Source: an uncultured virus (IMG/VR IMGVR_UViG_2687453376_000003)
Lineage: Duplodnaviria; Heunggongvirae; Uroviricota; Caudoviricetes
Virus record (IMG/VR): IMGVR_UViG_2687453376_000003
Length of the DNA: 22,772 nt
Direction: 5' to 3' (one strand)
The position numbers and the translations under genes are program-made. Positions 16,879-22,772 of this stretch are shown here, piece after piece. Within the stretch, counting starts at the first letter, position 1. Each line of letters starts with the position of its first letter. Below the pieces are notes generated by a model that searched no databases, was not told the origin of the DNA, and was given only the letters and a program-made list of their open reading frames with translations.

Positions 16879-17444
16879 ATCGGCCAAAACTTCCCGACAT
16901 CCCCCTGCCCTCATGGATGAACCGAGGCGAGCCACTAACGCTGGCGCATGCCTCAAAGCGCTACTGGGAGACTGTCTATCGCTGGCTGACATGGCCACTG
17001 ACCCAGATAGACGTCGATACCTGCGCGGTGTCGCTGCTTAACCTGCTAGCCTACCAGCGCAGTATCATCCGCTTTAAAGGAGAGCCGCTACGGATGTTCC
17101 GTCTGCGTGTAAAACACGCCTTTATCAACGCCCAGGACGCTGGCGAGCGCTGCGGCTTTGAGCGCATTTTTCAGCGCCTGGAGATAGGCGACGTGCAAAC
17201 GCTGGAGCGTCAGCTGCAGCATGACTGGGATGAAATCATGCTGCGTATCAACGATAGCCAGCTCAGCGAGAACAACGCGCTGATGATGAGTCTGGTACGC
17301 CAGTATGGCCGAACCTGCCGCCGCTATTTTTTCCAGGTCATCAGCAACCATACCCTATATATCACCGCCGCGACCTTTGACGGTGACTATCGCTATTTAC
17401 ACGCCAGAATTCCCCAGGTCACCAACGAGGGCACACACCCATGA
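16875..17444 (+). CDS. Baseplate/tail protein, P2 gpI-like
   Basis: LLNLLAYQR.I.RF.GEP...FRLRVKHAFINAQDAG and YGRTCRRY motifs; lies between J and the fibre. Confidence 0.87.
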   Translation: MNRPKLPDIPLPSWMNRGEPLTLAHASKRYWETVYRWLTWPLTQIDVDTCAVSLLNLLAYQRSIIRFKGEPLRMFRLRVKHAFINAQDAGERCGFERIFQRLEIGDVQTLERQLQHDWDEIMLRINDSQLSENNALMMSLVRQYGRTCRRYFFQVISNHTLYITAATFDGDYRYLHARIPQVTNEGTHP

Positions 17445-19135
17445 GCACAGTGATCACCCAACACTACCAGCAGTGGTACTCTCGTCAGATGTTACATGAC
17501 CTGCCGGCGCGCCCGGATACCGTCATTTTTGCCTATATCCCCGGACAAGATGAAAACACAGAAATAGACCGCACCGAGCAATTGCCAGCGGACACGTTCA
17601 TCCGCCACCGTATGCCCGTAATGCAATACGGACTGCTCAACCCGAACGTCGTGGCGTTTTCCGTTATCCTGGACACCAGCGTAGGCGATTTTGACTATAA
17701 CTGGATAGGTCTGCTGCACGCAGAGAGCAACACCCTATGCATGATCTCCCACGTCCCCCATCAGCAAAAAATCAAAACCGCAGATGGTGTGCAGGGCAAT
17801 AACCTAACACGCACTTTCGCCATGGAGTTCGACGGTGCCGCCGCAGCCATGCAGGTGACCGTCACGGCAGAGGTTTGGCAGATAGATTTCACTGCTCGCC
17901 TGGCTGGCATGGATGAGATCCGCCGCCTGATAGCCCGCGACCACTACGGAAACGCGGCCTTTCTGGAAGATGCCTGGCGAGTCACGCTACAAGAGGGTAC
18001 TGCACACATCGCGCCGGGCGTCGGCTACGTTCAGGGGCTGCGCGTAGTGCTACCCACAGCTACCACGTTGCCCGTACAACCCGGCCAGACGATCTGGCTC
18101 GATGCCAGCTGGCAAGGCACCGTAACCGGCGCTTGGCAGACCGCTATCCAACTGTTCGCCGACAATAGGCAGACCATTGACGACTATACCGACACTGCTG
18201 GTTTCTACCACTATCTGACCTCTTTAGCCACCGTTGTGAGCAATAGCGCCACAGACCTACGTCCCGCTACGCCGGATGAGCTCCAGCGAGATGCACTCAA
18301 AGCCCATGAGGAATCACGCAACCACCCGGATGCAACCTTAACGAAAAAGGGATTTGTACAACTAAGTGACAGCATCAGTAGCCCCGTAAACAACCGGGCT
18401 GCAACGCCCAACGCGGTAAAGCGTACCTATGATGAGGCCACCCGTGCCGCTAGTACCAACCAGGCCGGACGAGTTCGGCTTAACGACAGCGTCAGCAGCA
18501 CCAGCACCACTCAGGCAGCAACGGCCTACGCGGTAAAACGCACCTATGATGAGGCCACCCGTGCCGCTAGTACCAACCAGGCCGGACGAGTTCGGCTTAA
18601 CGACAGCATCAGCAGCACCAGCACTACTCAGGCAGCAACGCCCAACGCGGTGAAGCTTGCCTATGACAGAGCCTCTGAAGCTCTCCCTGTAGGCACACCC
18701 TGTCCCTGGCCCAGCCTCAACATCCCATCAGGTTGGATCAAGTGCGCAGGGCAATCATTTTCAACATCGTCATATCCCGATCTGGCCAGGGCATATCCCA
18801 ATGGCAGATTGCCTGATTTGCGTGGGGAGTTTATCCGGGGATATGACGATGGGCGAGGTGTTGACAGTGGACGTAGTATATTAACAGAACAAGGCGATGC
18901 AATTCGAAATATCACAGGTACTGTGACGGGCATATCTGAAACATTCAGCTATTCCGGCTCGGGCTCGGGGGTATTTCAACGGACATCGTCAGGTCCCGGT
19001 GCGGATGGTACACCGAGATCTGTTGACTGGTCGAATGCGGGAACGTTGGATTTTGATGTATCCAGAGTAGCACCGACAGCGAATGAAAACCGCCCGCGTA
19101 ATATCGCATTTCTCTATATCGTGAGGGCTGCATAA
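17441..19135 (+). CDS. Tail fibre protein (N-terminal baseplate-attachment domain, fibre repeats, collar domain)
   Basis: VGDFDYNWIGL and WQIDFTARL; HPDATLTKKGFVQLS fibre repeats; collar PVGTPCPWP...LPDLRGEFIRGYDDGRGVD; C-terminal ENRPRNIAFLYIVRAA. Confidence 0.93.
   Translation: MSTVITQHYQQWYSRQMLHDLPARPDTVIFAYIPGQDENTEIDRTEQLPADTFIRHRMPVMQYGLLNPNVVAFSVILDTSVGDFDYNWIGLLHAESNTLCMISHVPHQQKIKTADGVQGNNLTRTFAMEFDGAAAAMQVTVTAEVWQIDFTARLAGMDEIRRLIARDHYGNAAFLEDAWRVTLQEGTAHIAPGVGYVQGLRVVLPTATTLPVQPGQTIWLDASWQGTVTGAWQTAIQLFADNRQTIDDYTDTAGFYHYLTSLATVVSNSATDLRPATPDELQRDALKAHEESRNHPDATLTKKGFVQLSDSISSPVNNRAATPNAVKRTYDEATRAASTNQAGRVRLNDSVSSTSTTQAATAYAVKRTYDEATRAASTNQAGRVRLNDSISSTSTTQAATPNAVKLAYDRASEALPVGTPCPWPSLNIPSGWIKCAGQSFSTSSYPDLARAYPNGRLPDLRGEFIRGYDDGRGVDSGRSILTEQGDAIRNITGTVTGISETFSYSGSGSGVFQRTSSGPGADGTPRSVDWSNAGTLDFDVSRVAPTANENRPRNIAFLYIVRAA
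18425..18640 (+). repeat. 117-bp-period in-frame tandem duplication within the tail fibre gene
   Basis: 18425-18523 and 18542-18640 differ at 2 of 99 positions and encode TYDEATRAASTNQAGRVRLNDS(V/I)SSTSTTQAAT. Confidence 0.95.
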
Positions 19136-19746
19136 TGACATATTCCTTAACTCCTGAAATTGCCAGTCTGGGGAAAAATCAGTTGGCCAAAAAAACGGGT
19201 TGGTTGACTGTATATCATGCGGATGAGACAACCCGTGAATATACCGGTGCCAGTTATGAATTCATCATTAAAGATACAGGCCTTCCTGCGCACAGTTATA
19301 TTGACGCTCCAGTACAGCCTGTAATGGGTGAGGCTATAGTTCGCAGCACAGATCGTACAAAATGGGAGCATGTGCCTGATCATCGGGGGGAGGTTGTTTT
19401 TGATACACGCACCCGTGAACAATTCACAATGAGTGAACTGGGGGACTATCCCACTCACATCACACCACAACATCCAATCACGGAGTTTGATGTATGGGAT
19501 GGTGAGAAATGGGTAACGGATACCTTACTGCTGCAACAGGAAAATCTTGCCCGCCATTCACGGCAAAAAAACGCATTACTAGAAACAGCCACACGACGCA
19601 TCGATATGCTGTCTGATCGCATCAATTTGGAGATGACAAACGATCCCGCCGCTACCCGTGCACAGCTCGATGCCTGGCGCACTTTCCGCATTCAGTTAGA
19701 AGATACTGATCCATTATCGGACACATGGCCACCTCAGCCGGAATGA
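19135..19746 (+). CDS. Tail fibre assembly chaperone (Tfa-like)
   Basis: GLPAHSYIDAP, WEHVPDHRGE, WDGEKWVTD, L.AWR.FR..L and C-terminal WPPQPE; directly follows the fibre. Confidence 0.92.
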   Translation: MTYSLTPEIASLGKNQLAKKTGWLTVYHADETTREYTGASYEFIIKDTGLPAHSYIDAPVQPVMGEAIVRSTDRTKWEHVPDHRGEVVFDTRTREQFTMSELGDYPTHITPQHPITEFDVWDGEKWVTDTLLLQQENLARHSRQKNALLETATRRIDMLSDRINLEMTNDPAATRAQLDAWRTFRIQLEDTDPLSDTWPPQPE

Positions 19747-20471
19747 TATCGATGATGTGGAAACGTACTCGCCTGCAGCTACCAGCCTCATTTCGTACAG
19801 TCACCGGTTCAATCGTGGCAGTTCATCCCTGGTCAGCAGTGGGACATGCAACGCCATCAGGGCGCTACCTCAGTCCCGGTAACGCCGTCACCAGTGCCAC
19901 CAACCGCCTAGCAGGCCTGGACGGCTATCTCGATATCGTCGCTCTGCTGATCTGCGCACCGACAACGGAGCAGTTCATCGATCGCCTTAGCGAGTTTGCC
20001 GCCGTCCTCCCCCTGCCCGACATAGTACGCGTGGGCCGATTAGCAAAAAACCAGCTAACCCTGGCCGTCAGTCGTATGCAGCTGCCAGCTGCTGCTGGAT
20101 CGGGCCTGCCGATGCCGCAGCAACTCTCTGTCAGCACTACCCGCGCGGTGCAAGCGATGGGTCAAATAACCCGTGCAATATCGCCCACAGCAAGCAGTCT
20201 GACACAGCTGGAATCCAGCCTGACGCAGTTCAAACAGCAGCGCAGCCAGCTACTGGCCGATATCAGTCTCGCGGGTGATTTCCTGTTACAGGCCAGCTGT
20301 GAATCGTGGGCGTTTGTCAGCTCGGGCGACGTGCAGGCCGCTCGCCTGGCAATGCAAAAGTCCATCCCGCAACCCGACACCGTGTTTTCGCTGGTACTCC
20401 TGTTTGCCGGTGATGACCTGTCCGCATTAAAGGCCTGTTTACATGAACCAGATAATCGTCCTCGCCCTTGA
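19743..20471 (+). CDS. Conserved phage protein of the HP1-like distal tail cluster, function unknown
   Basis: Long ORF coupled to its neighbours (ATGA overlap at 19743; alternative starts 19752 and 19755). The VHPW...YLSP.NAV pattern is recalled from related phages. Confidence 0.7.
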   Translation: MISMMWKRTRLQLPASFRTVTGSIVAVHPWSAVGHATPSGRYLSPGNAVTSATNRLAGLDGYLDIVALLICAPTTEQFIDRLSEFAAVLPLPDIVRVGRLAKNQLTLAVSRMQLPAAAGSGLPMPQQLSVSTTRAVQAMGQITRAISPTASSLTQLESSLTQFKQQRSQLLADISLAGDFLLQASCESWAFVSSGDVQAARLAMQKSIPQPDTVFSLVLLFAGDDLSALKACLHEPDNRPRP

Positions 20472-21027
20472 TGGCGAATCGATCCTGCTGCAGAACATCA
20501 ATATCAGCGTCACCCTGCGTCTACCGGACAAGGACATGTCCGGGCAAGCCAGTAGCACGACCAGCGCCGAACTGGGAGACAAGGCCAAGGAACTGCGCGT
20601 GTCCGGCATCATCAGCTTTACCAATGAACGCCACCTGACGCGCATTTTTCAACTGGCCGAAGCCCGCGACGCTCATGGCGCAAAAAAATGCTATCGCATC
20701 GCCAACGCAACCGCCGCCGCCGTCAACATGCGCCAAGGGGTATTTTCAGGCGGCATCGATGCTACAGAGCAACGCGACACCATGGCCTGGCAGGTCACTT
20801 TCACCCTGCGAGAGAAAATGAGCGTGCCGGAAAAGGTCGCCACCCGCAGTAGCACCACTACCGGCGCCGGCGGAAAGGTCACGATAAAGCAGCAGACACA
20901 GAATGGCGCCGAGCCAGCCACCAATGAAAACCAGCAAAGCGCGCTCTGGGCAAATATCAACAGAATTGCAGGCGATACCCTGGATTGGGCAGGAATTGGC
21001 GCAGTGAAAGACGAGGGCAGAAAATGA
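20443..21027 (+). CDS. Probable baseplate/tail-tube initiator protein (gpU-like role)
   Basis: LALDGE, DKDMSGQASST..AE.G.KAKEL.VSG, W.V.FTLRE..SVPEK; lies before the hub gene. The role is inferred from position. Confidence 0.6.
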   Translation: MNQIIVLALDGESILLQNINISVTLRLPDKDMSGQASSTTSAELGDKAKELRVSGIISFTNERHLTRIFQLAEARDAHGAKKCYRIANATAAAVNMRQGVFSGGIDATEQRDTMAWQVTFTLREKMSVPEKVATRSSTTTGAGGKVTIKQQTQNGAEPATNENQQSALWANINRIAGDTLDWAGIGAVKDEGRK

Positions 21028-22772
21028 AACCGATCCAGATTTGCACCGTTGCAGGCAAAACCTACGAGCCAGCAAGCATGGAGCTGGTTTTGGTGCTAAA
21101 CGGCATCGGGCGCGGCTTTATCACGATCACCCCCGAGAATGCGGCCATTAGTCTGGCCGGCGCCATGGTGCAAATCGACCTAGGCGAGGGAACCGAAGCA
21201 TGGCGCTATTTTACAGGCTACATCGAGCGAGACCAGCCGGCAGAGAACGGCGCGCGCCAGCTGTTTGTGCGCGAGGCCGCGGGCCTGCTGGATTTCGACT
21301 TCCCCTGCTCCCATCAGCACCCGACGCTAAAAACAGTCCTGGACACCCTGAGCCAGCAGAGCGGCCTTACCCTCTATGCGCCGGAAAATGAGAACTACAG
21401 CACCACTAGGATACCGCACCTGACCCACGCCGGCAGCGGTACACAGCTGCTCGCCATGTTAGGGCGCTGCTTCGCGATCCCGGATTACGTCTGGCACCCC
21501 ATGCCCGATGGCAGTGTCTATGTCGGCAGCGCTAAACAGTCACGTTTTGCCAGCCTCGCGCTGCCCGAACTGCCACCGCAGTACCTTATCAGCCAGAGTG
21601 CTGGCAACAGCGCCACGCTAATGCAGATTCCCACCCTGCGTCCCGGTGTTAATCTGCCGAACGGGCGCATCACCGACATTACCGTCAAAGACAGCACCAT
21701 GACGCTGACCTGGGCTCGCCGGGATGCCAGCGGAAAACCATTATCGAAGAGTCCAATACGCCGGTTGATCGAGGGGGAGTTTCCAGAGTTGGCCACCGGC
21801 GCCCTGCGCACTAGGCTGGCCCGCGTCGCATCCCCAACCGAAAGCGCTAGCCTAGGCGACGCGGCTGATCCGTTCCGGCCAAAATATGCCGTTGATCTGC
21901 AGCTGCTCGACGAACAAGGTAATGATCTGCCGGATACACCAGTTTATGCTGCGGTTCCCCTCCCCGTTCCCATGGCGGGACCGGAGGCCGGGCAGCTGGC
22001 CTACCCACCAGAGGGGACGCTGGTTGAGGTCGCATTCGTCGAAGGGCGCCCGGACAAACCCATGGTGCGCCAAGTCATCCCACACGGGCATAGCCTACCA
22101 GATATCAAGCCCGGCGAGCAGTTGCAGCAGCAGCGCGCAGAGGTATTCCAGCGCGTCGGGCAAGATGGCAGCTGGCACCGTGAAACCGATCAGGTTATCC
22201 GCGAAGCATCAGCACAGCGCAACATCACCAGCGACAGCGAGAACAGAACGACAACCACGCGCGAAACCCTAGTGCAGGCCAACGACACAACCACCGTGCT
22301 CGGTACCGCCAGACTACTGGCAGGTCATACCATCCAGATAGCTGACGGCGACTACAGCATCGCAGCCGGTAACCAGCTGCTGATGAAGGCCAAGGTGCTG
22401 CTAGCGGAGCTGGAGCGCGCCGAGCTGACTATCAACGGCTCACTCACGGAAACCGTCACTGGCAATGTCGATCGCACCACCGGCGGCAACCACACCGAGA
22501 CCACTACCGGCCAGCACAGCATCGTAGCAGCCAAGGTGGCCATCACTGCCGGCAGCCTATTCCTAGGTAGGGGCGGCACAAGCCAGCGTGCCGATCGCCT
22601 GAATCTATTAACACTACTGCTTGATATCCTCGACCTAGTCAACCAATTGGCACAGCACACCGCGGAACACTCCCACAGCAACACCGGCACACCGACCAAC
22701 AACGGCAGTCTGTCCGGCGACGCAACCCAGGCCACAAACCTGAAAGCCAAGTACCGTAACCTAATCGCCTGA
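21024..22772 (+). CDS. Probable fused baseplate hub and central spike protein (gpD+gpV, VgrG-like architecture)
   Basis: Start moved to ATG 21024 (ATGA overlap). Hub-like N-half; OB-fold-like YPPEGTLVEVAFVEGRPDKP; Thr/Gly-rich beta-repeat region; C-terminal H-x-H (EHSHS). Confidence 0.7.
   Translation: MKPIQICTVAGKTYEPASMELVLVLNGIGRGFITITPENAAISLAGAMVQIDLGEGTEAWRYFTGYIERDQPAENGARQLFVREAAGLLDFDFPCSHQHPTLKTVLDTLSQQSGLTLYAPENENYSTTRIPHLTHAGSGTQLLAMLGRCFAIPDYVWHPMPDGSVYVGSAKQSRFASLALPELPPQYLISQSAGNSATLMQIPTLRPGVNLPNGRITDITVKDSTMTLTWARRDASGKPLSKSPIRRLIEGEFPELATGALRTRLARVASPTESASLGDAADPFRPKYAVDLQLLDEQGNDLPDTPVYAAVPLPVPMAGPEAGQLAYPPEGTLVEVAFVEGRPDKPMVRQVIPHGHSLPDIKPGEQLQQQRAEVFQRVGQDGSWHRETDQVIREASAQRNITSDSENRTTTTRETLVQANDTTTVLGTARLLAGHTIQIADGDYSIAAGNQLLMKAKVLLAELERAELTINGSLTETVTGNVDRTTGGNHTETTTGQHSIVAAKVAITAGSLFLGRGGTSQRADRLNLLTLLLDILDLVNQLAQHTAEHSHSNTGTPTNNGSLSGDATQATNLKAKYRNLIA

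Larger units (their letters stand above)
2433..22772. mobile_element. HP1/K139-like (P2-related, Peduoviridae) phage or prophage late gene region; probably extends beyond both ends and may include 1-2432
   Basis: Full syntenic set of P2/HP1-type head, tail, lysis and baseplate genes with divergent terminase/scaffold arrangement and no disrupted ORF seen. att sites, integrase and early genes are not in the window. Confidence 0.93.

Noticed and set aside
18425..18640. Tail fibre repeat pair as a diversity-generating retroelement TR/VR
   Set aside because: The copies are tandem and in-frame mid-gene, the two mismatches are not adenine-specific, and no reverse transcriptase is present.
2435..22750. 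Numerous short overlapping or antisense ORFs in the track
   Set aside because: They lie within recognisable phage genes, show no motifs, and are typical shadow ORFs of GC-rich DNA.
10245..22772. Stand-alone tailocin or T6SS locus
   Set aside because: Intact portal, terminase, scaffold and capsid genes are linked, and no T6SS membrane-complex genes are present.

Overview
Most of the window (2433-22772) is an apparently intact late/morphogenesis region of a P2-related myovirus of the HP1/K139 type, probably a prophage in a gammaproteobacterium. It runs: Ogr-family activator, portal and terminase ATPase on the - strand; a divergent promoter region; then on the + strand scaffold, major capsid, terminase endonuclease, head and tail completion, sheath, tube, holin, GH108 endolysin, a frameshifted tail chaperone, tape measure, baseplate, tail fibre with its chaperone, and a fused hub-spike protein. 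No integrase, repressor or replication genes are visible. The left 2.15 kb holds a - strand gene the ORF track missed (GTG at 2147, still open at the window edge, at least 715 aa). It has its own perfect extended -10 promoter and RBS, a Sec-like signal peptide, and about 10 tandem 189-bp repeats, each encoding exactly nine coiled-coil heptads with Asn at d positions. The best reading is a headless, length-variable trimeric autotransporter-like surface fibre carried as phage cargo, but the diagnostic C-terminal anchor lies outside the window. All family calls come from recalled motifs and synteny; no database search was run.
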